A DNA stretch of 64,000 bases. It comes from a virus (lineage: Duplodnaviria; Heunggongvirae; Uroviricota; Caudoviricetes). This document shows positions 28,776 to 38,258 of the stretch, in pieces; the stretch's first letter is position 1, and each line of letters begins with the position of its first letter. The notes under the pieces were generated by a model, which made no database searches, was not told the DNA's origin, and saw only the letters and a program-made list of their open reading frames with translations. The stretch lies in the IMG/VR virus record IMGVR_UViG_3300029468_000001; one strand, 5' to 3'. A program made the translations under genes and the position numbers.

Positions 28776-29105
28776 TTATTCTCCATCCCATAACACAAAT
28801 CTGTATTTCTGTTTAATTTCAGGATATTTCGTATGGTCTACTTCACCCATAAACATGTCATATGGTCTTGCATAAATTTCAAACTGTCCATATAACGCTT
28901 GGTACACAACCATATATCCATCTTTTTCTGTATGCTTGGCAACACATAAGATTTTATAAAGATATTTATTTGATGAATTTGATGTATTTATTGTTTCTCT
29001 TTTAAAATGCTGAACAATATCACCTTGATGAAAATTATTTCGATAATTCGTATTAAGTCTACCGTATTGTTCAAGAAGTTCTTTCATATAATTTTTATTT
29101 GCCAT
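28776..29105 (-). CDS. hypothetical protein
   Basis: 109-aa ORF. Confidence 0.45.
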   Translation of the reverse strand: MANKNYMKELLEQYGRLNTNYRNNFHQGDIVQHFKRETINTSNSSNKYLYKILCVAKHTEKDGYMVVYQALYGQFEIYARPYDMFMGEVDHTKYPEIKQKYRFVLWDGE

Positions 29106-29119
29106 TAATAATTTCTCCT

Positions 29120-29365
29120 TTATGATAATTTATTTGTAAGAACATTCAATGCTTTTACAACTTCAACATCTTCCTGAATATATTGAGGTGCTAAAGTATT
29201 TTCATAATCACCATATAAACTACATTGTTTTTGATAATAAACCTGTCCATCATCACCAATGAAATAATCATTTCTACCAAGTAATTGCAACTTCAACTCT
29301 CTGATTACATCTAATGGATTGATTTCAACAGGCTTTTCAATTTTTCCAGTTATTTTAATGTTCAT
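29120..29365 (-). CDS. hypothetical protein
   Basis: 81-aa ORF. Confidence 0.45.
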   Translation of the reverse strand: MNIKITGKIEKPVEINPLDVIRELKLQLLGRNDYFIGDDGQVYYQKQCSLYGDYENTLAPQYIQEDVEVVKALNVLTNKLS

Positions 29366-29380
29366 TTATGTATTCTCCAT

Positions 29381-29644
29381 TTACCAAGAAATTTGAATTA
29401 TACTATGGTCTTTTTCATATTTTACAGCAAAATCATAACCATTTTTTCTTAAAACATCTTCTAAATCTTTTGATAACGTTCTAAATGGTTCTGGTTTTGA
29501 AATTGTCCATTGAATTGCATTATCTTCTGAATATGAAGCATGTTTTCGTATTTCCTTGTCTATTTTATCAATATAATTTTTTAATTTATTATTATATTCT
29601 GTATTTCTTTTAATTAATTCTCTTGCTTCTTTTGCACTAATCAT
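29381..29644 (-). CDS. hypothetical protein
   Basis: 87-aa ORF. Confidence 0.45.
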   Translation of the reverse strand: MISAKEARELIKRNTEYNNKLKNYIDKIDKEIRKHASYSEDNAIQWTISKPEPFRTLSKDLEDVLRKNGYDFAVKYEKDHSIIQISW

Positions 29645-30003
29645 AACTTCTCTTCTCCTAACATTTTCTTCACATCAAGTACATCAATCTTCTGGTAATG
29701 ATATTCATGCGGCGATTCGATGTAGTTCTTATTTAACTTATCATTTACGTCATTTACACAAAATACTGTGCATCTACTACCATGACCACTACTATTGAAA
29801 TGAATTTCTGCATTATCGCAAGTTTCTTCACCAGTTTCAAACCAATCTTTACGACACTCAAAACACTTCATAGATAATTTATATTTCTCATTCATTTTAT
29901 CGACAAAATATTTTGCTGATTCTTCATCATATGTAATTCCATCTATTACTTCTCCATATGAATGTGTAATTAAATAAGCAAATTCTTGTTTATTTTTAAT
30001 CAT
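29641..30003 (-). CDS. hypothetical protein
   Basis: 120-aa ORF; 4-nt overlap with neighbour. Confidence 0.45.
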   Translation of the reverse strand: MIKNKQEFAYLITHSYGEVIDGITYDEESAKYFVDKMNEKYKLSMKCFECRKDWFETGEETCDNAEIHFNSSGHGSRCTVFCVNDVNDKLNKNYIESPHEYHYQKIDVLDVKKMLGEEKL

Positions 30004-30184
30004 ATACTTCTCCCATAATCACCTTTGCTAACTTATCCCAATCCGAAGCGTATTCTTCTTTTGATAGTTCTCTTAATACTTCTCCCATTAATAAATGTGA
30101 TACGCCAGATTCTTTCGCAGCTTCGATTGTTGTTTTGCCTTTAATTATCAATTCTACAAATCTTGCAATTCTCAAATCTTTCAT
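29996..30184 (-). CDS. small helix-turn-helix-like protein
   Basis: TTIEAAKESGVSHLLMGEVLREL resembles an HTH. Confidence 0.4.
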   Translation of the reverse strand: MKDLRIARFVELIIKGKTTIEAAKESGVSHLLMGEVLRELSKEEYASDWDKLAKVIMGEVYD

Positions 30185-30597
30185 AACTTATCGCCATCCT
30201 TTACAAATTCAAATTCTCCATTTGTATAAGTGTTTAGCTTCCATCCTTTTACAGTCTCAAATTTATGAACATAATTTGGATGTCCATGTTTCTTTATCAT
30301 CTTTTTATTAATTCTCTTCTTTTTATGCCATCTACATGGAACAATTTTAGAGATTTTCATATCATATTTATCAGGAATCTTAGATTCGTCAATACCAAAA
30401 ACTTTATGTATCTTTCGATGATCAATCGGTTTAGATATATCAATACAAAATGATCCATCATATCTATCTAATCGTGATTTGTATTTTGTATTATACTCAT
30501 ATTTGATATCACTATATTGAATATCATCAATTTGCATAATTGGTTTATCACCATCCATTAAATACATTTTACTAATCACTTTATTATTTTCTCCCAT
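30181..30597 (-). CDS. hypothetical protein
   Basis: 138-aa ORF. Confidence 0.45.
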   Translation of the reverse strand: MGENNKVISKMYLMDGDKPIMQIDDIQYSDIKYEYNTKYKSRLDRYDGSFCIDISKPIDHRKIHKVFGIDESKIPDKYDMKISKIVPCRWHKKKRINKKMIKKHGHPNYVHKFETVKGWKLNTYTNGEFEFVKDGDKL

Positions 30598-30636
30598 TTG
30601 TATCTCCTATGAAAACTAGATTTTATCATCTTCTAT

Positions 30637-31128
30637 TTATCCAAATAGCTTCTTTATTTTATCCATATCATAATCAAACATATTTTGTTTTACACAAATT
30701 GTACATAAGTAAACATAATTATCCACTTCATCAATATGAGAACACATACAACAACGATTATTAATAGGCATCCTTGACTCAGGTGTTGGATATTTCTCTA
30801 ATAATCTATCCAATTCCTCTAACTCTTTATTTCTCTCTTCAACCTTTTGCTTAATAATTCTTTCTCTTTGCTCATTAGTATATTCATTCAACTGTTGTAA
30901 CTGATATTTTTCAGCTTCTTCTTTAGTAAAGAAAATACTTTCACCTAGTTCAGATACTTTGTATGTTTCTGTAACACACAATAACCATTCCTGTTGTTTG
31001 CCATATTGCACTCTACGAATCTTATATCTTACAATTCCTTGTACTGGAAAGATTAGATATACTGATTTACCAACAAGTTCTTCTATATCGGTAATTCCAT
31101 TTTTAAGCAAATAATCATTACTATACAT
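30637..31128 (-). CDS. hypothetical protein
   Basis: 163-aa ORF. Confidence 0.45.
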   Translation of the reverse strand: MYSNDYLLKNGITDIEELVGKSVYLIFPVQGIVRYKIRRVQYGKQQEWLLCVTETYKVSELGESIFFTKEEAEKYQLQQLNEYTNEQRERIIKQKVEERNKELEELDRLLEKYPTPESRMPINNRCCMCSHIDEVDNYVYLCTICVKQNMFDYDMDKIKKLFG

Positions 31129-31129
31129 C

Positions 31130-31315
31130 TTATTTCTCCTTATGATATTTCTTGTCTAACCAATGAATACAATTTTCAATCGCAGCATCTTTATTACTGA
31201 ACGTATATCCACTAGGACTACACCAAACTTCTGATTCATTAATCATAGTTCTATGAACAAAATATGGTGCAATTTCTTCAAGTGACATTGCTCTTAATCT
31301 ATCTATATTTCTCAT
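31130..31315 (-). CDS. hypothetical protein
   Basis: 61-aa ORF. Confidence 0.4.
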   Translation of the reverse strand: MRNIDRLRAMSLEEIAPYFVHRTMINESEVWCSPSGYTFSNKDAAIENCIHWLDKKYHKEK

Positions 31316-31452
31316 AATTTACCTCACATATTAGTTTCTATACCATGCCATTTCTTATGTTTATTCCAATTTCGAAATTCGAGATTGCCAAAATGGATTC
31401 TTACTTCTATATTTGCCATAATTATTCTCCTTTCCTATTTTTTAAATGTGTA

Positions 31453-31473
31453 GGTAAGGAATTGAACCTTACC
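31453..31473 (+). terminator. hairpin GGTAAGG-aattgaa-CCTTACC followed by a U-rich stretch on the plus strand
   Basis: perfect 7-bp stem; loop shares AATTG with the 25447 hairpin. Confidence 0.3.
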
Positions 31474-31516
31474 ATTCTATATTTCTCCATATAGAATCAC
31501 ACCATGTCTACACTAT

Positions 31517-32464
31517 TTATTTCTCTGTTGCATCCACTACAGTTGTACCTGCACCTTGTACTGTAACCCAACCATTCTTATAATGCGCTTCGGCTTCTTT
31601 CATTCTGATAAGCTCATCAGTAATGGAAGAACTCAATTCTTTATTCGCCTTTGCTTGTGCTTCCGCTGCAATTCTAGTCTTTTCAGCATTGGCTTCCGCT
31701 TTAATTTTTGTTTTCTCTGCGTCTGCTTGTGCTTTTGTAATCTCAATATTTGCATCCGCTTCTGCTTGTAACTGCTCAGTCTGTTTCTGTACTTTTACTT
31801 TCTCCTGTTCAGCTTGAGCCTGTTGTTTTTCCTGTAATGCGGTAACACGATTATCAATTGCCTTTTTTAATTTCTTATCTGGGTGAACGTCAATAATAGA
31901 TGCATCGAGAACTTCAATGCCATATTTTTGAGAAAAATCTTTATTCAAATAATCTGTAATAGCTTCGTTAAGTTGCGCACGATTACCAGAATAAATATCC
32001 ATCATAGAATAATCTGTTGTAACCTCAGAGATTTTAGATTTTAAAACTGTCTTAACACGATTTTCAACAATGTCTGCCCCATCCATACCTTTGAATTTTT
32101 TATATGTATTAATTACTTGATCTTCAATATATCGGTAGGTCATTTGGAAGCTAATTGCGATACTTGCATCGTCTGATGTAGCAACTTTAAAAGAATCATC
32201 ATCTTTACTTCCATCTCTGCTATCTTTTGATAACACAAGAATTTCATTACTTGTTGAAAACTCTTTCATATATTCCATTGGTGGAATAAAATGTGCGCCT
32301 GGTTTTAATAACTCATCTTTTACCCCAGATGAATACGTATAGGTTATACCCACCTTACCAGTACCAATAATTTTAATATGAGAAATTGTAAAAATTCCTC
32401 CAATTACCGCACATGCGATTACTAATCCTGCCACTACTTTACTTGTTGCTGATTTTTTCTTCAT
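31517..32464 (-). CDS. SPFH/band-7 (prohibitin/HflKC-like) membrane protein
   Basis: N-terminal TM helix; SPFH-like core; C-terminal Ala/Glu/Lys-rich coiled coil AEQEKVKVQKQTEQLQAEADANIEITKAQADAEKTKIKAEANAEKTRIAAEAQ typical of HflK/C. Confidence 0.7.
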   Translation of the reverse strand: MKKKSATSKVVAGLVIACAVIGGIFTISHIKIIGTGKVGITYTYSSGVKDELLKPGAHFIPPMEYMKEFSTSNEILVLSKDSRDGSKDDDSFKVATSDDASIAISFQMTYRYIEDQVINTYKKFKGMDGADIVENRVKTVLKSKISEVTTDYSMMDIYSGNRAQLNEAITDYLNKDFSQKYGIEVLDASIIDVHPDKKLKKAIDNRVTALQEKQQAQAEQEKVKVQKQTEQLQAEADANIEITKAQADAEKTKIKAEANAEKTRIAAEAQAKANKELSSSITDELIRMKEAEAHYKNGWVTVQGAGTTVVDATEK

Positions 32465-32667
32465 TCTTTGTCCTCTTTCTTTTTATTCTCTTTTTCATTT
32501 TCATAATCATCATCTTGACGATTGATGTGCATTTCAATCTTATGGATTACTAGCCATCCAATTGAAAATAAGATAAGTGCGCCAATTGCAAAACCAACAG
32601 CACTTAGTAAAAATACAACCCACATATTTATCACCACCTTTTTAACATCTACATTACTTTTTATCAT
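32461..32667 (-). CDS. small membrane protein overlapping the SPFH gene start (possible NfeD-like partner)
   Basis: hydrophobic helix WVVFLLSAVGFAIGALILFSIGWLVI; ATGA overlap with the SPFH gene. Confidence 0.45.
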   Translation of the reverse strand: MIKSNVDVKKVVINMWVVFLLSAVGFAIGALILFSIGWLVIHKIEMHINRQDDDYENEKENKKKEDKE

Positions 32668-32812
32668 CTGGAATTGTTATCTCAAATATTTGTTCTTTTT
32701 CTAAATCGGTTTCTTCCAACCACGACACTTCAATACCTTGATTTTCAATATCATTAAACATTTCTTGTGAACAAAATCTTGGATTCAATTGTACACTTAC
32801 AATATTTACCAT
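32654..32812 (-). CDS. small hypothetical protein (52 aa)
   Basis: short ORF filling the gap; weak RBS. Confidence 0.3.
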   Translation of the reverse strand: MVNIVSVQLNPRFCSQEMFNDIENQGIEVSWLEETDLEKEQIFEITIPDDKK

Positions 32813-32848
32813 TTCTATATACCTTTTCTCTATGAAATCAGAGTTTCA

Positions 32849-33175
32849 TTATATTTTGAAACTTTCTCTTGTGTTTTCTAAGTATAAATTACTATTTTTA
32901 TTCCAGCCACCAGTTGAGTTCAAAATCCCATTCCTTATTTTCCCAAATTCATCCAAATGAGTTTTAAAATAATTTATTGCATCGTTTTCACATGAAAATT
33001 CATTATCATATTCCCAAAAGAAATGTCTCTGATTTGTTACAAAAAAGGAATTAGTGTCGAGACAATAAGCAATTATCCATGTGAAATAAGACTTTGAAAA
33101 ATTTTCATTTCTACTTAATTCTCTATACATTCTTATCTCCTTCAATCCTGAAATCATTGTTTCAATTAGTCCCAT
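32849..33175 (-). CDS. hypothetical protein
   Basis: 108-aa ORF. Confidence 0.45.
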   Translation of the reverse strand: MGLIETMISGLKEIRMYRELSRNENFSKSYFTWIIAYCLDTNSFFVTNQRHFFWEYDNEFSCENDAINYFKTHLDEFGKIRNGILNSTGGWNKNSNLYLENTRESFKI

Positions 33176-33333
33176 AATCCATCAATTTTTACTGTCCTAT
33201 GATTAATCCATCTATATTTGATTTCACTACCATATCCACATGACTCGTCACAATTATCGTTTGTACATATTGGTAAAAGTTCTGTTACTTCTGGTTTATC
33301 CATATATGAAAATTCATAACACAATAAACCCAT
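33166..33333 (-). CDS. small Cys-rich protein, in frame with upstream gene across a single TGA
   Basis: frame continues from 33388..33891 through one TGA; CPRCGS motif lies between the TGA and the first ATG. Confidence 0.3.
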   Translation of the reverse strand: MGLLCYEFSYMDKPEVTELLPICTNDNCDESCGYGSEIKYRWINHRTVKIDGLWD

Positions 33334-33387
33334 CTCTAATTTAGAACCACATCTAGGACATTTACCTTTGATTTTAATTTTTTTTAT

Positions 33388-33891
33388 TCATACACAATCT
33401 TCTTTATCAAACTCAATTTCACCTGATTCATAATCTTTTGACACTACGACATAGTATTCTTTATCCTCATCGAATTTGTACATATGTATCATACTGTTAC
33501 CAGAACCCATAAAATAAGAATATGCTTCTGGGTTTCCTCTAAAATATTCAATTCCTTGTTGAATCCATTTATTAATTTCTTCATCTGAAATTTCAATAGC
33601 TCTAAAATCTTTACTTGATACAGTAAAATGCGTAGGATATTTTACATTTGATGCATAAATATCAATAGCATCATCGTCAAATTCTTCAACATCCATCTCA
33701 TAATTGCAACATGGACAGGTTACATGGGGTAATCCTAAGTATCCTATATGAGTATCTTCTCTTGACACTTCAAGAACTGATCCACAATTTTCACATTTTA
33801 TTTTTACCTTTTCTATTCTTGGTTTAGTTTGCTCTGGTAATTGATGCGGATTTCTTGGTTGATTTTTATAATTATTTTGAATTACTTTCAT
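33388..33891 (-). CDS. zinc-ribbon protein
   Basis: CENCGS...CPCC. Confidence 0.5.
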   Translation of the reverse strand: MKVIQNNYKNQPRNPHQLPEQTKPRIEKVKIKCENCGSVLEVSREDTHIGYLGLPHVTCPCCNYEMDVEEFDDDAIDIYASNVKYPTHFTVSSKDFRAIEISDEEINKWIQQGIEYFRGNPEAYSYFMGSGNSMIHMYKFDEDKEYYVVVSKDYESGEIEFDKEDCV

Positions 33892-34507
33892 TCTCTATTC
33901 CTCCATTTATTCCATATCCTGACATAAAACAATCATCAATCAATTTTTCGTCAATATATTTTCCATGAGATAATCTAATAAGATAATCTCCAAGTGGTTC
34001 TTTATTCCTCAATACTTCATTATGCCATCCATTAATACGATATCTGATAATAGTATCGCTATGATCGCATAAATACATTCGTCCAATCCATTCTTGTAAA
34101 CAACTACTCCAAGGATAAACCGTTACAAATTTGATTTTTGCTTCATTAAGCCATTGTCTAATCCTAATGTCGCTATCTACAAATATAACGTCTACTTTAC
34201 CTATATTCTCTTTTATATATTGAACAAAATTGTCTGGAAAATTTGGATTATCGACAATGATAATTTGTTGTTTGAATTGATTTAGATGCCCTTCTACGGA
34301 CATAAGATGTAAACTTGATTCCCACCATTTACGTTCTTCTTCAATTTCTTCTTCATTTGGTAATCGCTTTATTGTCTTAAAATCATAAATATTTACATCC
34401 AATATATCATAATCTTTTATGTGTTCACTTGCATATGTTTTACCGCAACAGGTATAAGCACTAATAACTAACGTATTCTTCATACTGATTCTCCAATATA
34501 AATCCAT
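33872..34507 (-). CDS. P-loop NTPase/kinase-like protein
   Basis: Walker A-like SAYTCCGKTY near the N-terminus. Confidence 0.45.
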   Translation of the reverse strand: MDLYWRISMKNTLVISAYTCCGKTYASEHIKDYDILDVNIYDFKTIKRLPNEEEIEEERKWWESSLHLMSVEGHLNQFKQQIIIVDNPNFPDNFVQYIKENIGKVDVIFVDSDIRIRQWLNEAKIKFVTVYPWSSCLQEWIGRMYLCDHSDTIIRYRINGWHNEVLRNKEPLGDYLIRLSHGKYIDEKLIDDCFMSGYGINGGIENESNSK

Positions 34508-35070
34508 TCTAATTTCTCATAAATGTTTACATTTTCAATCGGAAAATAAATCACACATGGGTATTTATCTGGTATATTATTAAATTCTCCACCACGTTCA
34601 TAATATTCTCTAATTGTCTCTAAAACTTCTCCTGTATCATCATCTACATTTGGACTAAATCCAAAATATTTTTCGCAATCTTCTGGACACTTAAAACGAT
34701 TTTTTACCATTTCTATAAACTTCACCATATCACAAATATTATGAATAGCATTAAAACATTCAATTGGATCATATGCATCACAATTTGCAATATAGTGTAT
34801 GGGAATTTTAATAGATGAGTTTTCAAGAGTTGTTCTTAGAATACAGTAATCAAATGGATAATTTAATTCGCAATGTTTACATTTATAACAGTAGCAATTA
34901 TGTTCAATTTCATTATGGCTATGTACACCTGTATCTACAAATCTAACATAACTATCGTTGTCACCAAGAATACAACGATGAGCTAATCTAAATGAACCAT
35001 CATCATTTTTGACTATATCTTTATATTTGTTAAGCAGGAAATTTATATTATCTTGTTCTGTCGAATTCAT
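34480..35070 (-). CDS. hypothetical Cys/His-rich protein
   Basis: 196-aa ORF. Confidence 0.5.
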   Translation of the reverse strand: MNSTEQDNINFLLNKYKDIVKNDDGSFRLAHRCILGDNDSYVRFVDTGVHSHNEIEHNCYCYKCKHCELNYPFDYCILRTTLENSSIKIPIHYIANCDAYDPIECFNAIHNICDMVKFIEMVKNRFKCPEDCEKYFGFSPNVDDDTGEVLETIREYYERGGEFNNIPDKYPCVIYFPIENVNIYEKLEWIYIGESV

Positions 35071-35372
35071 ACATATTCATCCTCTTTGTGTAACAAAATC
35101 AATTCTTCAAACATATATAATCCACCACATACTGCATTGAGGGTATCATTTCCTTCGTTTTCAGCAATATCACAAAAAATATTTCGAGCAGCTATGCCAC
35201 TATTGTAATAAAATTTAGGATTATGTTCATATGTTTTAATTCGATTTAACACCTCATCAAACGGAATATCAAAATTGGTGTTAGGTTTATTAGACATAAT
35301 TCTGTCCATTTCTCTACACATTCGTTCATAAGAAATTTCTGGACAACCCATAATATTGTTTCTCCTTTCCAT
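35067..35372 (-). CDS. hypothetical protein
   Basis: 101-aa ORF. Confidence 0.45.
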   Translation of the reverse strand: MERRNNIMGCPEISYERMCREMDRIMSNKPNTNFDIPFDEVLNRIKTYEHNPKFYYNSGIAARNIFCDIAENEGNDTLNAVCGGLYMFEELILLHKEDEYV

Positions 35373-35384
35373 GAAATGAAAATT

Positions 35385-35717
35385 TCAGACTAATCCATGT
35401 TCTCTTGATTCTGTCCATTTCTTAAAATCATCAATTGTAAACTCTTCTGATTTAATATCATCACGCAATAATACAGTATAATGAGGTACATCTTTGTTTA
35501 AATTCTGGTCAAGGAAATCATTAATTACAGCAAATGAATTATAAATGCCTAATTTATATGCTTTCTTCTCAGATTCAGTCATACCAGTACAAACATTTAC
35601 CTCTGTATCTTCTAATACTTTCTTATATGTATTAATAGTTTCTACCATCATCATAGCTTCATTTTCTTTTGTATTTGTTTTATTCGGTTTCATGTAATGC
35701 ATCCTCCAACTTCTCAA
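35385..35717 (-). CDS. hypothetical protein
   Basis: 110-aa ORF. Confidence 0.45.
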   Translation of the reverse strand: MRSWRMHYMKPNKTNTKENEAMMMVETINTYKKVLEDTEVNVCTGMTESEKKAYKLGIYNSFAVINDFLDQNLNKDVPHYTVLLRDDIKSEEFTIDDFKKWTESREHGLV

Positions 35718-35955
35718 TTTCTTCTCTCAGCTCATCATTCTGCAAATCAAGAGCATTATTTTCATTTTGCAAATCTTCGTTTTCTTTTTCTAAATCATAA
35801 ACTTTATCTAACAATTCCTGATATTCTTCATCGCTATGTATCGGTGTTAGCTTCTCAATCTCATCCGCCAAATCCGAATTGTAATAACTTCTTACAAGAC
35901 AAGCAGCATCTTGAAGATCATTAACTTCTTCCCAATTACCTTCAATCAGAATCAT
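35680..35955 (-). CDS. hypothetical acidic coiled-coil protein
   Basis: 91-aa ORF; AAAGGAG RBS. Confidence 0.5.
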   Translation of the reverse strand: MILIEGNWEEVNDLQDAACLVRSYYNSDLADEIEKLTPIHSDEEYQELLDKVYDLEKENEDLQNENNALDLQNDELREEIEKLEDALHETE

Positions 35956-36129
35956 TTCATTTCTCCTTTAGACGACATATAAATAAACTGATTTTTAAAT
36001 TCTTTGACCTCATCAGATGTTTTAAAAAAATGGCTGTAAAATTTCATTTATTTCTTCTTCGTGTTCTACACACCAATTATCAAATGAATCATCTATAATT
36101 TTTAATTCTGTTCGTTTACCTCTCATACA

Positions 36130-36504
36130 TCATTCACGCCACAATATTAATTCATCAAACTCAATTGAATACTTTGGAATATAGTTAATACCATAAGATT
36201 TCATATAATCTTCAATAGCATGTACACAATTTCTTCCAAACTTTTCTGCATTATTTCCATCCATAATCGCATGATATAGTAATTCTTCATAGTTTTTAAT
36301 ATGTTTATAATTTTTGTAACTATAATCAGGGACTAAAATAAAACTTCTTATCTCTGGTGGAATCCCCATTTGAAAACCTTCTATATGTTGGAACGTAGGT
36401 TTCCCATTAATAATAAATTTATTCTTTTCGTTCATAAAATATTTCGTCTGAGAATTATCATAAAAACATAAAGATACTTTAATTCCACGTTTTATATAAT
36501 TCAT
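36130..36504 (-). CDS. hypothetical protein
   Basis: 124-aa ORF. Confidence 0.5.
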   Translation of the reverse strand: MNYIKRGIKVSLCFYDNSQTKYFMNEKNKFIINGKPTFQHIEGFQMGIPPEIRSFILVPDYSYKNYKHIKNYEELLYHAIMDGNNAEKFGRNCVHAIEDYMKSYGINYIPKYSIEFDELILWRE

Positions 36505-36507
36505 ATA

Positions 36508-36681
36508 TCACTTCTCCATATCATTAAGTAACTTCTCACATCGTTTGATATGATATATTAGTTTTCTATTTGTCCCTTTACTCATATTCCCATAATGAAA
36601 ACATCTATTATATCCAAGAATATCTTCTGCTAATTCCTTTGAATATTCTACAAATTGCTTCGTAACTTTAACATTATTCAT
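36508..36681 (-). CDS. small hypothetical protein (57 aa)
   Basis: ATG with GAGGTGA RBS 6 nt upstream; ends 3 nt before the next gene. Confidence 0.45.
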   Translation of the reverse strand: MNNVKVTKQFVEYSKELAEDILGYNRCFHYGNMSKGTNRKLIYHIKRCEKLLNDMEK

Positions 36682-36779
36682 CCATTTATCACCTCATATG
36701 TGTCTTTTAAGGCATATTTTAATCAAAAATACACTTCAAAAGACGTAATTTTTACGATGAAAGGGAACTTTTATCTGCT

Positions 36780-37004
36780 TTAAATTTCTCCCTTTGCTCC
36801 ACAATTATCAGCAATAGTCCAATCGTCACATGCCATGTTTTCAATAGTATATGTAATATCTTCTGAATCCCTGATGTTAATAATTTTCCCGTCATAACAA
36901 TGCATCATAACTTCATTGCCATCCAGTTCCCACCAACCTGTCCAATGTTTTCTTTTAATCTTGTGTCCTCTTTTAAGTGAAAATAATGCGCTTGCAAAAT
37001 TCAT
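36780..37004 (-). CDS. hypothetical protein
   Basis: 74-aa ORF. Confidence 0.45.
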   Translation of the reverse strand: MNFASALFSLKRGHKIKRKHWTGWWELDGNEVMMHCYDGKIINIRDSEDITYTIENMACDDWTIADNCGAKGEI

Positions 37005-37025
37005 AGTTTACCTGTCCTTTCCTAT

Positions 37026-37214
37026 CTAGTTTAATTTCATAATTCTGTGACTTAAAATATGAGTGTTTCCATCTACGCTACATTCATCTTTGCCAAAATA
37101 ATTTTTATAAAATTTTGTAATTTTCCCTGTAGCTAATCCAGCATATGAATTTTTACCATAAACATATACAACTTCATCACCAATATTTAATTCATTACCT
37201 TTGCAATCTGTCAT
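37026..37214 (-). CDS. hypothetical protein
   Basis: 62-aa ORF. Confidence 0.4.
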   Translation of the reverse strand: MTDCKGNELNIGDEVVYVYGKNSYAGLATGKITKFYKNYFGKDECSVDGNTHILSHRIMKLN

Positions 37215-38241
37215 TATGATTTTTCTCCTTTTCTTTCATTTCTTTACAAAATTCTCTATATCTTCTTATATACTCATAAGATTCTCCAAATATATTATTC
37301 ACCGCTTTAAATAATTTCGGTTCATATTTCCGAATAACTTCTAATTCATATTCAAAATCTCTACCAAATGGACAACCAGCGCATCCAGTACGTTTTAATC
37401 CATATTCAGTGTAACAATTACTATGCTCAACAAAATAAGCTCCTTCATAATCAATCTTGTCGGAATTTTTATACCAGAATAAAGGTCTATAATTATCACA
37501 TCCTGTATCTGTTTCATCAAAACATGATTTATACGCAGTTGCTCTTGCACCACCTTCGGCTTTTCGTATTCCAATAATCTGTAAATCAAATTTCGCATTG
37601 TAATTATCACATAAAATAATTCCTTCTCTTAATATTTTATGAACAACATCTTTCTTTGCATATTTACAACACTTATTCGATATTTTAAACATGGGTGGAT
37701 TTGCAACCATAAATTCTTTCAAATATTTATTATGAGATATATTGAAGCTACTTCCATTGCCTTTCACATTACACCACCATTCTAAAGCAGACTTACATTT
37801 TGGATATCTTTTCATCAAAGTACCAAAATCTTCATCTTCCCACTTGAAATTATGTGCTTGTAATCGTTGGATAAATTCGCTGACTTGCTTAGAAATGAAT
37901 GGTTGTCCATATGTTTTACAGGACGAGGGAATTGGCTTAATTGCTTTATATGGATGAATCTTTATATTGTATTTCTCTTCAAGATATTTCAAATGATCTT
38001 TTGTAGCTTGATACTCAAGACCTGTATCAAACCAAACATATGTAACTTTGTTATCCTTATCACATCTCCATACAATATCTAACATTACATCACTATCAGA
38101 ACCACCTGAGATGCTACATAGAATATTTTTATACTTACTACTATTAATCTTTGACCATGCCCTAACCAGGTTATCTCCAATTGTTTGATTCTTAGGGCAA
38201 CTTTCTAATAATTCTTCTATACTATTGGCTTTACTCAGCAA
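37195..38241 (-). CDS. PAPS-reductase-family PP-loop ATPase (CysH/DndC/QueC-like fold)
   Basis: PP-loop SISGGSDS; apparent TTG start with TGAGGAAAG RBS; C-terminal CAGC motif. Confidence 0.65.
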   Translation of the reverse strand: MLSKANSIEELLESCPKNQTIGDNLVRAWSKINSSKYKNILCSISGGSDSDVMLDIVWRCDKDNKVTYVWFDTGLEYQATKDHLKYLEEKYNIKIHPYKAIKPIPSSCKTYGQPFISKQVSEFIQRLQAHNFKWEDEDFGTLMKRYPKCKSALEWWCNVKGNGSSFNISHNKYLKEFMVANPPMFKISNKCCKYAKKDVVHKILREGIILCDNYNAKFDLQIIGIRKAEGGARATAYKSCFDETDTGCDNYRPLFWYKNSDKIDYEGAYFVEHSNCYTEYGLKRTGCAGCPFGRDFEYELEVIRKYEPKLFKAVNNIFGESYEYIRRYREFCKEMKEKEKNHNDRLQR

Positions 38242-38258
38242 TATGTACTTTCCTCACA

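Noticed and set aside
33388-33390. Genome-wide stop-codon reassignment (TGA to Trp or TAG to Gln)
   Set aside because: NrdD, LigA, PolB, the helicases and the primase all have normal lengths and intact motifs under the standard code. I found a single in-frame TGA junction, which is not enough to call recoding.
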